A stretch of DNA of 64,000 nt from Marsupella aquatica (GCA_973895155.1 OZ316898.1:11307187-11371186); one strand, 5' to 3'. Shown: positions 50,667 to 64,000, counted from the first letter of the stretch. Translations and numbers: made by a program. The notes: a model not told the origin generated them from the letters alone.

Positions 50667-53469
50667 TCATGAAGCCTTCTGAGACTTCGTGAGAGGCTCC
50701 AAAGAGATACCACATAAAGCCAGCTCCTTCTCCAAACCTTGAGAATTTTTAAACTGGATTCCTCTCATGCCTACGTTCCTCGCAGCTTCTATATTCCTTG
50801 GCCTGCCATCCCATTCAAATACTTCAGGTACATTCGTGAAGGTCAAACTCTCGCCTCCCTCAATTAGCCAGCACTCTAAGTAAACCCACAAGGCTACTAT
50901 AATTTTAGAATGTGCCATCCGCATCCATAATCCCTTCTATTTCCATCAAGCTCTTACAGAATCGCTTTATTGAATGCTACACACACCTTGCTATCCATGA
51001 ACTGAGGAACTCCTCACCACCAAGAAAAGCTCAACTACAACTACTGCCTATTGGCTAGGGCTGAAAAAATTGGATCAATTTTTTAGATTTGGATGTGTTA
51101 CGAGAAAAATCCAGCAGCGTGACAAAGCATTCCTCTTATCTAAATGTATGTCCACGAGAGAGAGGGTAAGAGACATACTGATCATCGACAAAAATGCAGT
51201 CGGATGGATGTACACTGAGCCACTCTGCTGCATCTAGAAATGCTTCTTGGGAAGGTTTCCGTAGGCCTACACAGAGACAACTGTCATTTGCAATTCAACG
51301 CGTTTCAACACCATGAGCAATTGCTAAGCCATTCTTGAGAAAGAAAGTTTATCCAACACAGGTCATGTGTTCAAATCCCTCAAGATGCATCCATTTCATA
51401 CAACTATTTTCACAAATATGTCTGCACTTCCAAGTTGAGAACTTTCACCACAGGCATTTGCTCTACGAAAGGCAATCACCATCCGGTTTTCTTCCACTTG
51501 CATGCCTTTCTGTATCCCGTTATCTGCTGGAAAAGATATCGCAAGAACAACATGACTATCAACACGTCCCTAAGGAGAATATGAAACTAAAATAAGACAC
51601 TCATACCTGTATGGCAGGACACAAATGTCCAAGGAAGATGCTGGGATAAATTCAGTTTATCCTCAATCATGGTATACCTGTACAATTATAGCCGTAACTC
51701 AATCCATAAGCTGCAAGCGCGCAAGCACATACCGCTATCGCTCAGCATACACAACTTTCACACCATGACCCACCCAAAAAAGCAAAACGACACTAACGAC
51801 TTGCAAGATGATTGTCTTCACAAAAAAATTGTAAATGAAGCAAGACCCAGTCAACGTATCATCCCTATACAACAGCACAAGCTTACACAGTAGGTTAGAG
51901 TGGAACCAGGTCGGGTAGTTGGAGAAAATATGCATATCAAAGCCTGCTGCTTTCAGGCGTTGCAATAGATCTTCCATTCCTTCAAGGTACTCATAGCCGT
52001 TGGCCATACACTGCTTCAAACCTGCCAAAGATAAAAGGATATCAGTACCATGGACGGAATCTATGCCAAATGTTTAGGGTTTAAAATATTGTCCATTAGG
52101 ACAATATTGTAACTAGTTAAGAAAATCTGACAACTCGGTGCTGATACTTTGACGCGAACTGACAAGTGTGACAAGGATAAGGCAAACCCGATTACAAATA
52201 GAATGCTAATTCTGCTTCATCAGACATTTCTTAAATAGTTGAAACTACAGACCTTCGTAGTCGTACCCTCTTCTGTCATTGAACAACTTCACAGCAAATT
52301 CCTCCTGCAATCACTGGAAAAGACGGATCAACTTTCGACCAACACTTCGAGAAAGCAACACAGCCCTTTCGAATCAAATATGTTTTCTTGCAAAGTAGAA
52401 AGTCAAATCTAAATATGAGGTGCAATACACCTTGGTGTCCAATGGAAGCCACCAGAAAATTTCCCGTTCATTTATCACCATATGTTCGGTTGGTCATCAC
52501 CCGGGTAGTCAACGTCTAAAAACCCAACGCAAGGCAATCCTCAATTGAAAGTGCGGAAATGCCTTCTAGAGTACTACTAACCTCAGTCAAAAGGCCTTTC
52601 TCGAATTCTATCCAGGCGGTGGGATGCTTGCAAGCCAGAAGCTCCTTGAATGTGAGCCTGCCATTACGGTTCAACAAGATGTTAATTAATCGTTGTCATA
52701 AATCTATTCACACAGTAAGCCAGACTGCTTAAAATATTTATTCCTGGTCTGTCATCCAGACCAACTTGCTGGCCATCTGCTTTGTTATTTATCAACTTGC
52801 TCCTTTGGGGCCGAACTTCTAAATCGACATGATTAAACCCCCTCTTCCGACAATCTGCAGTTTCTGGCTGACCGGATGCCCTCAGAATTGATTATTGGCA
52901 GCAAATATGAAACCATAGAGTTCAAATTCCATCCAATTGAGTCCTGCCTCTGCTTCTGCCCAATTGAGTGCCCTTTCAACTCCTTACACATACTGCCATG
53001 GGCCGCAACCTTCTAGACCCATGCAATTCCATTCTCTCCACCTATACGCTCTGAACTGGTCTGTCCAGGAGAGTTATCAAATTCATTGTTCATTGCTGCT
53101 GGTGGCCTTAGGACAACATATAAATCGACAAAATTTCTCGTCGTTCCAAAGGATGTGAGAAACGAACCCGAAAAAGGCCGGCATATCCACATGAAACGGA
53201 TCCCGCACAATGGTGTCCATGACATCCAAGAGAAGGAGGGGTCGCTTTCCCCCCGTCCCCTGCTGCACCACTGCTCCTCTCCTTTGTTCTCCTGGCGACA
53301 TCACCGCTTGCAATCTCTCCTCGCCCTTCCTGTCTGGTGGCATCGTGATCTTCTCCCCTTCTCCCTTACTCGTCGTCGTTCCAATCGAAAATGGCCCTTG
53401 CTGATGAACTCCCACCGCTACTACCCTCCCTGCAGGTAAGCTCCAGCTCGCACAGCAAGCTCGATGCAT
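50667..53469 (-). CDS. FHY1: Plastid FMN hydrolase, FHY1-like HAD phosphatase. Exons 53469-53168, 52657-52582, 52304-52253, 52021-51907, 51677-51607, 51266-51179, 50802-50667
   Basis: Motifs LLLDVMDTIVRDPF, CKHPTAWIEFEKG, FSNYPTWY, GLRKPS, CIFVDD.PRN and GMRGIQF cover HAD motifs I-IV as in Arabidopsis FHY1. Splice phases are consistent. Confidence 0.92.
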
Positions 53470-54659
53470 TGTGCGATCTTCTTCCTTCCAATTTCCTTCA
53501 CCTCTCTCTCTCGCTCCCCCTCTCTCGTCGAGTTGGGCGATTCAGGAGCTCGTCATCCCGATAAGTGCAAACGAGCTTATTTTATTTGGACCTCGTCGAG
53601 CTGTCTTCAATACACTGGTTGAGAGTTGAAAATCCGGGACGAGAATGGACTCCAACTCATCCCGATAAGTACAAACGGCCCCTAGTCTAGAGGACATCGC
53701 CGACGTGTCGCGGATGCACTGGTTGATAACTTCAAAGGCGGGACGAGAATGGAGATCGACTTGATCGGGGACCCAATGAAATTCCTTTCCCTGAAAGAAT
53801 GCTGAAGAGGAGGTGAGGCGGTGGGTGACCAGATCGATGGCTTGAAGCTGGCCATGTGGATTGGGCATGACACGAGCACCGTCGATTACCCTGCTGAAGG
53901 ACGTGGTCCTCATCGCTACTGTAGTCGATAAGCTGATGCGTCCAGCTCGGCGCTGAAGACTCCACGGGGGGCAAAAAGTATCACCGGGGTTGTTTACCGG
54001 TACCCAAATTGACTCGAATTGGCTAACTGCCACCCAAACTATTTAAAATTTTATTACAATTCAATCTAACACTATGATATGTGGCCTATCACCTGTTTAC
54101 AAAAACGTCATCTGGGTGGGACTAAATCTTGGACATTAGTTGTACCTTTACTGCGCAGGTATTATCTCCCATACCTTGGTACTAGGCAAAAGTTCTTTCA
54201 CGCTTTATACGTTCATGACCCTCCCTACATTGTGGTTGAAAATATTGTCAGTTATTCTCAACTTCTTTTACCAAAACTATAATAAGAGTTTTTAGTGCCA
54301 AAAAAAAAAAGACAGAGAAAATCTGAGAAATAAAATCAAACAGATAACAAGCCATGGCAAAAGCCAAAAGGAGGGGAGGTTGACACTACCCTCTATCCTC
54401 CCCATTCTACTTACAATGAAGTACAATCTCTGGCCCAACTGATCCTCGCCTTATCCTCCCCACCATCCTTGTTACTACACTACCTGGTGTTCTTCTCTGT
54501 ACTTGACCCTTCCCAGTGGACTCCCATGTGCTACGCAGTGCAAGTACAGTGTGTTATCATCTATACTTGCCCCTCCCCTTGGGACTCACATGAAAAGAAC
54601 TTGTATCTGTATGAAAAAAAATTATACTCTGCAAAAATGAGCACTGGGTTTGGGGCCAA

Positions 54660-54874
54660 AACTAATGGCGCGAAGTTGAGCCGGAGGCTGCAAGGTTGAA
54701 GGATGTCTATATGAGGGACCACCATATATGACAACATCCTTCACCTAATATGGGTTATTAATTGTAACTAATGGCGCAAAGTTGAGCCGGAGGCTGCAAG
54801 GTTGAAGGATGTCTATATGAGGGACCACTATATGTGACAACATACTTCACCTAATATCTTTTATTAATTGTAAC
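54660..54874. repeat. Tandem duplication, 2 x ~106 bp
   Basis: actaatggcgc.aagttgagccggaggctgcaaggttgaaggatgtctatatgagggacc occurs at 54661 and 54767. Confidence 0.95.
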
Positions 54875-56499
54875 TCCTTGGCCAAACTGGCTCAATCTGG
54901 GTTCCCCTTGGCTTCCCTACGGTAGCTCAAGGGTTATGAGACACAGGTAAAAGTTTTCGGGCTTTTTTAATGAAAGGGCCAAAGATCTAAGTTACTTCCT
55001 CAAACTTCTATCTGAGTATATAAACAAGACTTACTGAGAATAGTATCTATCAAAACATCTAAACACTACAACCCCATTTTTCATTCTCACTGTCTGCTTA
55101 GAGAAAGTCATTGTAGTGAGGAGCTTTGCTCGCTGTTTGACTATCTACTTCTATAATATGCAATGCCCCCAAAAAGCTCTTTGGCCTGTTTACAAATTCA
55201 GAAATGGAGGGAACAAACCTGAGCCGTCAGAGTTTTTCAAAGATTTTTTTGTACCCTTGGATTGATTGACTAGGTATGTCAAATGATATGCTCATTTTAA
55301 TAGTAAAATACAAAGTACAGGAGATGATACTAATCTGACATCTTATATTACAAGATACTTATGTGACATCATCTTAAGTGTGTTTTTTTTTCAAGTATGA
55401 AAGTACACACATGAATGGAAGGAGAATCTTTTGGGGCATGAGAAATTTTTGGATTTTTGCAGAGCCTATGAGACTCTAGAAGGAAGGAAAATGGGTTAAT
55501 TTTCTCCTTCTTTTTCTTCTCTGTATTTAGTTGTACATTTTTTCTTTTTATTTAATGGTGCCAATGTAAGAAAAAAAGGGAGTAATGGTGTTGCATAGGA
55601 GTGTAAAAATAGGAAAAAGGGGGACAGACAAATTAAAATATTCCCCTCCCAATAATATCAAAGCACTCATCATCTCTCTTGCACTAGCTCTCACCCTCCC
55701 ACATCCTTGCTCTCCCCAACAATATAGTTTTCTCAACAAAACAACATCTTCTTCCAAAATAAAATAAAAATGCAAAAGCAAAATCAACTGTTTTTACATG
55801 TTTTGATTATATTTTTGGTTTTTTGTTTTATGTTTTATAGAAAATCAGTCCCAAATTTGTTATTCCATCTATACCTCCAACATTCTCTTTAAAAGTCTTT
55901 TCAAAAAATGCATCTTTAATGAATACCAAGAAGATCAAGCTCCCAACATCTGATCTCCACAAGACATGTATTGCTTGACATGCCCCCTCATCTCTATGAG
56001 TCTTGCTTTGGCCCTAATTCTTTCCCAAGTCAGGAGCCCAGCTCTTTGCCCCCATTTGCATCTTTTGTGTCATTAACAATAAGGATTTCTTGCCCAACTC
56101 TTGCCCATGTACTCTCATTACCCATTTGCGCCTTTTCCCATATTTTTGTGAATTACATTACTTGATTACATAATTTCATGTGCTATTTTGAACTAGATCT
56201 CCACATTGACAACACTTTTCACATGAAATGGGCAAGAAAGAATTATGGAAAATCCAATATTTTAGTTTGATCCACCTAAAATTCCCAGCTTTTAATCAAC
56301 AGTTCTTTACCTTACCTCAATGTATCTATGCAATGCGTTGGCATCGAGCTTGGCAACAACATGGTTGCAAGACCAGCATAGCCACAACACCCTCATGGCC
56401 AGAGTGACTGCATCGTCATAATGATGATATGGTCGCAACAACATATGAGATGTCTAAACAACTTTCTTGCCTCGCTTACATTAATTTGCATTATCTGCA

Positions 56500-57945
56500 T
56501 TTCTTTGGCTCTCTTGCATCTTTTTGCATTTCTTTGCCTCCAGTCAAAATGTTCACATCATCCCAAATCTTTGCCTCAATGCAATGTACATTTAAACATG
56601 CCTCAACATTTTTGTCTTCTTTTGCCTTGACATCTTTGCCTTGCCTAAACATCTTTTGCTTATGTCAGAATGTTTTTATCTCTTTCACTCACGTCGACAT
56701 CTTTTCTCTCCTCAATTTTTTTTCTCTTCTCACCATCTTTTTCTCTCTTTGACACACCTCAACATTTTTTTGCTCACCTTGGCATCTTTTGTTCACCTTG
56801 GCATATTTTTCTCTCCTTGAAATCTTTTTCTCATCTCAATATCTATTTCTCTCCTCAACATCGTTTGCTTACCATGACATCGTTTGCTCACCTGGACATC
56901 TTTTCTCTCCTTTACATATTTTATCACCTTGACATCATTTGCTCACCTTGAATCTTTTATCACCTCGACATCTTTCGTGCAACGCACGGGCACTGGGTTC
57001 TTGCAGGAATCCATGCAGGGACCCTTACATTTGTCACCTTGACATTGTTTGCTCACCTTGAATCTTTTATCACCTTGACATATCTTTTCTCTCTTTGACA
57101 TCTTTTGTCACCTTGACATCTTTCGTGCAACACACGAGCATTGGGTTCTTGCAGAAAAAATGCAGGGACCCTTACATTTATCACCTTGACATCTTTGCTC
57201 ACTTTGACATCATTTTTCTCTTTGACATATTTTATCACTTGGACATCTTTTGCTTACCTTGATAGTTTTCTCTCCTCGACATCTTTTGTTCAATTTGACA
57301 TCATTTATCTCTTTGACATCTTTTGTCACCTCGACATCTTTCATGCAATGCACGGGCATTGAGTTCTTGCAGGAAAACATGGACCCTTACATTTATCCCA
57401 TGGATTCCGTTGACATATGATGAATCACTTCCATTTTATTACATAGGGTCCAATTTCCCATTCAAGTGGCATAATGCAATGACCATAAACAAAGCTCAAA
57501 ATCGGACTTTAGAACTTGTAGGGTTACAGCTTTCAAAGCCTATATTTAGTCACGAAGAGTTGTATGCAGCATTTTCAAGGGCAATATCTCCTACAACTAT
57601 CACTTGAGGTTTTACTTTCGAATTCCAAGGAGGGTCAAGCAAGGTTGACAAAAAATTTGTATATGATAAGGTTCTTTATTGAACGGGTGAATAAAGATTG
57701 TATCACTTTTGTATTAATCTGTTTGACTTTTTGCCTAAATTACATGTTTGCAATGCACAACCATGTTTGCCTCACCTCAAAATCTTGCCCTCTCCTCGAC
57801 ATCTTGCCCTCACCTTGACATCCTGCCCTCACCTCGACATCTTGCCCTCGCCTCCAAATCTTGCCCTCACCTCGACATCTTGCCCTCTCCTCGACATCTT
57901 GCCCTCACTCAAAGTCTTTTGTGCAATGCATGGGCATGGGGCTAG
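56500..57945 (+). mobile_element. Helitron remnant with a Pif1-helicase C-terminal fragment, gacatcttt-rich minisatellites and a 3' hairpin-CTAG end (5' boundary uncertain)
   Basis: 57395-57670 encodes FPFKWHNAMTINKAQNRTLELVGLQLSKPIFSHEELYAAFSRA (Helitron consensus QFP...AMTINKSQGQTL..VG..L..PVFSHGQLYVA.SR). The 3' end is tgtgcaatgcatg-ggcatgggg-CTAG|t at 57920-57946. A 20 bp repeat cctcgacatcttgccctc(a/t) spans ~57770-57910. Confidence 0.9.
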
Positions 57946-58572
57946 TGGTGTCATTATTTCCTAACCATGACCTAAAGGTGCAACTTTGAATCTTTTCCAG
58001 GCTTAACCTGTCACTCTCCTTGCAACTTGCATACTCCTTGAAATCCAGTTGTTAAGTCCACTCACCAACTCTCGACAATGTCCAATTGCCTGGCTATCTC
58101 ACTTGTACAATACACAACATCACTTACTATCAACAATGTTCTCAAACACATGGGCCTTGGCCTTGTTTTGCATAAATCCCTCAGAAAACTCTGCTTCAAT
58201 TTTCCCATAAAATAGGGGAGATTACACGAGGGAGCTAAACTCTCTGAATTATCCCATAATCCATGGCTAAGAGATGGCTGTGAGCTCTAGCAACCTTAGC
58301 CCATTGGGTTATCAAACAATAAGTTGTAACATCTTATTTATAAAGAGCAAACAGAAGTTAGAGTTGGGGTCTAAACTTCTAGAGTGAAATCTCTAAACCA
58401 TAATTCTAGATAAAGACAAAATTGAAATGTATACCAAAAACACAAATGGAACAAAGATGAAGAGGAACAACATAGATTAATTTGCAAAGCTTGTTTTTGT
58501 GTTCAGGCTTGAAACTTAAACCCACCAGAAGGCTTTTCCAATTGAAAGGGCAGGTGCATGAAACCCTGGAAG

Positions 58573-59233
58573 TAGGGTTTATTGAAACATTATTTCTCCG
58601 TTCATGCAAACCCTGACAGTAGGGTTTATGAACCGACCTCTTTGGAAACACTACTTTCAAACTATTCCCCAGAACCCTAAACCCGCTCACCTTCTTCTCC
58701 TCCTTCATGAGCTTTCCTTTCCAAAGCTCACGGCACGGCCCGAACTCAGATTCTTCATACAGAACGAGAAAGGATGAGATCGAAGGCTTTATGGGGTGAT
58801 GCATCGTTCAGGGTTTGGAACGCTTCAACAGTTGATCTGTCGAAAGGAGCTGATGGCGCATTTTGGGAGGAATTAGGAACGAGTAGAGTGAGACAACAGG
58901 AATCTGTGAATTCTGTGACGCAGATCAGTGCAAATAATGAAGCAGGAGGAGCGAGCTGCAGTTTTGCTGCTCTGTGAAGACAGAAAACGAGTGCGAACTA
59001 TGCTCGTCGTTTTAATTGCCCCAATTCAGTTTGGCATCGGGTCTGGTTGCCTCGATTTTGGGGTTCACTCCTCGGAAGCTTTCAATTGCTATGGAGGGGT
59101 ACATGGAGTCACCTTATCTACTGTCCGACTTTGATGAGTTTCTCATCTAGGACCAGGACGATCGTTGTCGTTTTGGTTCTCTGACCGATGAGGATTGTTA
59201 TGATTGTGAGAGTCTAGGTAGGGTTTAGGGTTT
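58573..59233. promoter_or_regulatory. Telo-box (AAACCCTA/TAGGGTTT) cluster upstream of PWP2
   Basis: tagggttt at 58573, 58620, 59219 and 59226, plus aaccctaa at 58673. Telo-boxes are known from plant ribosome-biogenesis and translation gene promoters. Confidence 0.6.
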
Positions 59234-59294
59234 AGGATTGCTAGGACTTTGTTCTTGCTCGTCAACTACTGCGAATTGCTGTGGGTGAAGAACA

Positions 59295-62200
59295 ATGCAG
59301 TTCAAGGAGAGTAATTTGTTGGGAGCACCGTTTAGGGGAGGCTCACTTGCTTGGGCTTCGCCCACCCAACTTCTGCTACCTCTTGGGTCTCGAGTTGCAC
59401 TCACAGATTTACAGCTTTCGGAGAGTAAGACTCTCCCAGGACAGCATTCTGGCTATGTCGCTCGCTTAGCAGTGTCACCAGACGGCACATTACTACTCTC
59501 TGTTGACTCTCAGGGGCGTGGTCTTCTGTTCAATGTTCGTCGTCGGCGTTTGCTGCATCGGATTTCATTCAAGGACCATGTCACGGCTCTGAAGTTTAGC
59601 CCTGATGGAGCATTTTTCGCTGCTGGTGTTGGCAAGCTGGTGCAAGTGTGGCGGACTCCTGGATACCGCAAGCAATTTGCTGCGTTTCAGCTGCTTAAGA
59701 GCATGGCCTGCCATGACATTGTTTCGTGCTTGGACTGGAGTCCAGACAGTGACTGGATTATTGCTGGTTGCAGAGACCTGAGCAGCAAGTTGTTCTGCAT
59801 TCATAGGTTGCCTTCATTTCATCCCGTGACTCTCACTGGTCACAGGGATTCCATAGTCGGAGTCTTTTTTTCTAGAGAGAAGGGAAGCCAAGCTGTCTCG
59901 GGGGCTTATACGGTCTCACGAGATGGAGCCTTATTCACTTGGATATTTCACCCTCCACCGCCTGGATCTGAATTTTCCAACATTTTGCCTGATTCAGGAA
60001 AGGACGACCTCACTTCAGGTGAAAAAGTATCAATGGCAGTAGCAGACCCTCTCAAATTGGGCAAGCACGAATCTACTAAAGGAGAGGAAGAAGAGGAGGA
60101 CGATTTTACCCTAATTTTAAACTCTACGGAAACCTACAAGACCAGTGAAGTGACAGACTTGAAGAGGAAAAGTAGTGCAAATGGGGGCTCGCTAAAGAAG
60201 AAACTCAAGACCGATGGCAGTGAACAGAAGCTCAACGGAAATGAGGTTCACAATGAATCCGACGAGAATGGTACCGTGGATGGGGAGCAAGAAGAAATTG
60301 ATGAGGAAATTTCCGCTTTTGATGAGAAAAGTACTGGGTTGGTCTCAGATACTAGAAATTTAGACGATAACGAAGACCAGGTGAGGAGGGCGGCTTATGG
60401 AGCTGCTGAGATGAAGAGAAAAGCTTGTGCTCGTCTCGATAAAGGGCAATGGGAGCGCGTGAAGAAAGATTTCTTCCTACAAAAGGCCACTGTTACTGCT
60501 TGTGACTTTCACCCCCACCTTAATCTGCTGGTTGCTGGTTTTTCTTCGGGTACATTTGGGCTCTATCAGCTCCCAGAGTTCACCTGTCTCCACCTTCTCT
60601 CAATTTCACGAGAGAAAATCACGTCCGCTGTTTTTAATGAATCAGGGAACTGGCTAGCATTTGGCTGCGCAAAACTTGGTCAACTATTGGTTTGGGAATG
60701 GCGGTCTGAAACTTATGTCTTGAAACAACAAGGTCACTACTTCGACGTGAATTGCGTGGCGTACTCACCTGACTCCCAGCTGTTAGCCACCGGTGCCGAC
60801 GATAACAAATTGAAGGTGTTCATCTTGCCCTTCTCAAGGCCACTGTTGAGAAGCATCTGATGTAAAATCTTGGATGCTGTTTATAGTCAATTGGTGGAGA
60901 AGGAAGTACTTAATTTAGTTTATCTACAGATCGCGTGAATTTCATCATAAAGGGATGTCTCTTGTTAAGGGACATTCACCGAGATACTCGTGAACACTGA
61001 TCATTCAAAGTAGTATGGTACAGAAAGGACAAGTGAAATTTCGAGTGGACAGGGGCTTGTGTTGACCATGTGACCCATTTATGTTTTCGCTTGTTCGTCC
61101 CCGTTACTCGAGAACGAAAGCTACGAGCGACGGTTAAGACTTAATTGCCCTTGGACTGGCTTGATGAGAACCACATCAGGATGTCGCATTGAAACAGGCC
61201 TAACTTGGGAATTCTATTGTACAGGTTTGGAACGTTTCAACAGGGTTTTGCTTCGTAACGTTCGCCGAGCACACAAATGCCATCACTTCAGTTATCTTCC
61301 TGTCAGGGAATCGTGCTGTCGTGAGTGCATCACTGGACGGGACTGTGCGTGCGTTTGATTTGATGCGCTATCGTAATTTTCGCACCTTCACAACCCCGTC
61401 ACCAACGCAGTTTGTTTCTTTGGCGGCTGATCAAAGTGGCGAGGTCATTTGTGCTGGTTCCCTGGACACTTTCCAGGTAAGGTATAACCCTATTAGTGAC
61501 ATGTGAGGGGTATGTATTGCGCAGGATCCGGTCATTTATCTGATTTCCTTGCAGTAACATAGGCAACCAAGGATGTCTAATTAAGTTCTGCCGTCCATGT
61601 ACAGATATTTGTGTGGTCAATGAAAACAGGGAGGCTGCTTGATATGCTTAGTGGCCACGAGGGCCCTGTCTATGGACTGGCTTTCTCTCCAACTGACGTG
61701 AGTCTCTTTCTCGTTCATGTGATTCATGTTGTAATGGTGCCAGTGACCCGCCAACCTCTTCAGTTCCTGTGACAATGCTATGAATCTCGGCTCAGACTAG
61801 ATATTGTACTAGCATTCAATTCCACATGTGCGTGTCTTGAATGATCAGGAGCTACTAGCATCTTCATCTTGGGACAAGACAGTGAGGCTGTGGGACGTCT
61901 TTAAAGGCAAAGGCGGCATAGAGACGTTTACACATACACATGATGTGTTGACGGTCGCATACCGGCCGGATGGAAAGCAGCTGGCTTGCACCACTCTCGA
62001 TGGGAATATTCACTTCTGGGATCCTCTGGAGGGGCTCTTAATTAGTACAATAGAAGGACGACGAGATATAGCTGGTGGAAGGCTTATGAGTGACCGCAGA
62101 ACAGCTGCAAATTCAACTTCTGGAAAAGCTTTCAACACCATCTGCTACTCTGGTGACGGAAGTTATCTGCTGGCAGGCGGTTCCAGCAAGTACATCTGCT

Positions 62201-63837
62201 TGTATGACATTGCTGATCAGGTGCCATATGCAATTCCCTCTTTACGAAATTTGAAAGGTTACGGAGTCTATAAGGCTTGCTGGGCTTGGTTGGGACTAGG
62301 GTGTCTTTACGCATAAAGAATCTAGACATATACGTTGATGTCATAACTGTGGTCCACCTCAGGTTTCTTTCTTGCTTCCAGTTTGTTTTACGTGTTTCTG
62401 ACTGTCCACTAGGACGTCCTGTTCATAGAGCTTATCGGTATTAATCGTAAGAATGCCATTTACTGTGCTTCCATCTGTATCTCATTTGACGTGTTTCTGA
62501 CTGTCCAGTTAATGAAACAGTCCCTCTTCCTGGAGATTTTCGTTGTTGGCCATACGAATTTCAATTACAGTGCTTCAACTAAGTCTCATTTGACGTTGCT
62601 GTCTGCAGGTTTTGCTGAGAAGGTTTCAGATCTCGTTTGATACGTCTCTCGATGGAGTTCGAGATCTGTTGAACTCTAAGCAGATGACAGATGCAGGGCC
62701 TTTAGATCTGATTGATGATGATAACAGTGATGGAGAAGGGATGGATTTTGGGGCAAGAGGACAAGGATTGCCCGGAACTGGCAAGAAGAACAGCAGGGCT
62801 GTGGTCCGCACAAAGTGTCTGCAAATATGTCCAACAGGTCGATCTTGGGCAGCTGCAACATGTGAAGGTGTCTTGTTGTTTTCCATGGACGATGACTTGG
62901 TCTTTGATCCTACAGATCTTGACATAGATGTCACTCCTGAGGTAATGCTCTGCTTTGCTTTGCTACTTTGGATCATATTGTGAGTGACCTCTGGCCATAA
63001 TTGTTGCATTCAATGCCATCGAGCACTTCTCTTCATACTTGGAGTGGAGAGGAAAGAGGGGCTAAGCTTCAGTATCATCTCCAGTACGTTCTTTTGCTCC
63101 GTCAGAGTCTGCCAGTACCGTACTTTTTATATGTGAGATGATGGGGTGGATGACGTTTTGAATGTGGAACCTACTCTAATGATATCTTTGAGCCAAACGT
63201 GTAGATAATTGAAGATGAAGTAACAGTGAATTCTTCGAAGAGGATGCTATGATAGACAAAACATTGGATTGGGAGCCTGACATGAGTTATATTCTTGTGA
63301 ATCTACCGTAGGGGATCGAGGATGCAGTTCAGAAACAGCAGTATTCACGGGCTGTCGTGTTGGCACTACGTCTGAAAGAAGTGAGCCTGATACGAAGGAG
63401 TGTGGAGAGTGTTCCTTTGAGGGACATATCTACTGTCAGTCGTTCTATACCTCTTTCGTACTTGGGCACGCTCATCGTGGCGTTAACTGGATTCTTGGAC
63501 AACTCCCCACACCTGGAGTTCATACTGGAGTGGTGTCAGGTGGCTCCTTCCTTCCCGTTTTGGTATTGGTTCAATTGTGCTTCTAGCGTTAATGTCTTTA
63601 TTGTAACCTTCATCTGTGTATCATTGCACTAACAGACAGCTCGAAATGCAGGAGATTTGTGTCGCACACGGTAGAGCTATATTGACAAGGAATAAGGAGC
63701 TGCTACCAGCTTTGAGGTCGTTACAGAAAAGCTTAACGAGGCTTCATGAAGACCTGGCCAGTGTTTGTTCCACAAATTATTACCTGCTGCAGTATCTGTG
63801 CTCAGCCCCAGCTGAGGTTCAAAATGCCTCTCAATAA
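59295..63837 (+). CDS. PWP2: Periodic tryptophan protein 2 (UTP1; WD40, SSU processome). Exons 59295-60815, 61225-61476, 61605-61697, 61849-62220, 62609-62941, 63312-63539, 63652-63837
   Basis: Starts MQFKESNLLGAPFRGG. Contains LGQLLVWEWRSETYVLKQQGH, SLDGTVRAFDLMRYRNFRTFT, IEGRRDIAGGR, FDPTDLDIDVTP and the Utp12-like C-terminus SPHLEFILEW. Confidence 0.97.
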
Positions 63838-64000
63838 TAACAGGTGATCGATCAAGCTTCAGATGAGTAAGCAAGTTTAAGACGTGGCACACTCCAGAGG
63901 ATCTTCGACTTGTGAAGAATGCTGTTCTCAATTGAGTGATGACGATTTGCGAATTTCGACAACGTGAAGGATTGGGGGCTCAGAACGCCTCTTCTCTTGT

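Noticed and set aside
28549-53469. Metabolic or stress gene cluster (2H-like, P5CR, 2OGD pseudogene, OCT, VOC, FHY1)
   Set aside because: No shared pathway can be supported, and P5CR and FHY1 are housekeeping genes. Co-expression and synteny data would be needed.
53542-54033. 163 aa minus-strand ORF upstream of FHY1
   Set aside because: Non-ATG start, no recognisable domain, and it contains an internal short duplication. Likely promoter or repeat DNA.
55868-55880. Helitron 5' terminus (a|TCtatac)
   Set aside because: The motif is too short to assign without other family copies.

Overview
Eukaryotic, intron-rich land-plant genomic DNA. Gene style and content suggest a bryophyte or liverwort, but that is an inference and the species cannot be determined here. 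Nine protein-coding genes are supported: the 3' part of an NDR/AGC kinase (+), an F-box/kelch gene (-), a DUF1997-like plastid protein (-), an intronless unknown protein that looks like a circularly permuted 2H phosphoesterase (+), pyrroline-5-carboxylate reductase (-), an organic cation/carnitine MFS transporter (-), an intronless microbial-type VOC/glyoxalase protein (+), a plastid FMN hydrolase FHY1-like HAD (-), and PWP2 (+). Two pseudogenes not apparent from the ORF track were read directly from the DNA: a DeSI/PPPDE peptidase and a 2OG-Fe(II) dioxygenase. Mobile DNA includes a ~7.3 kb long-TIR element with a decayed PIF/Harbinger transposase, a 2.7 kb Ty1/copia (Bianca-like) element with 162 bp LTRs and a TSD, two Helitron remnants, two MITE-like foldbacks and several tandem arrays upstream of genes. 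No rRNA, tRNA or CRISPR was seen. I found no clear multi-gene novel system. The best leads are the permuted 2H-like protein, the probable HGT-derived VOC gene, and the Helitron with serial bypassed terminators. All exon boundaries were derived by eye.
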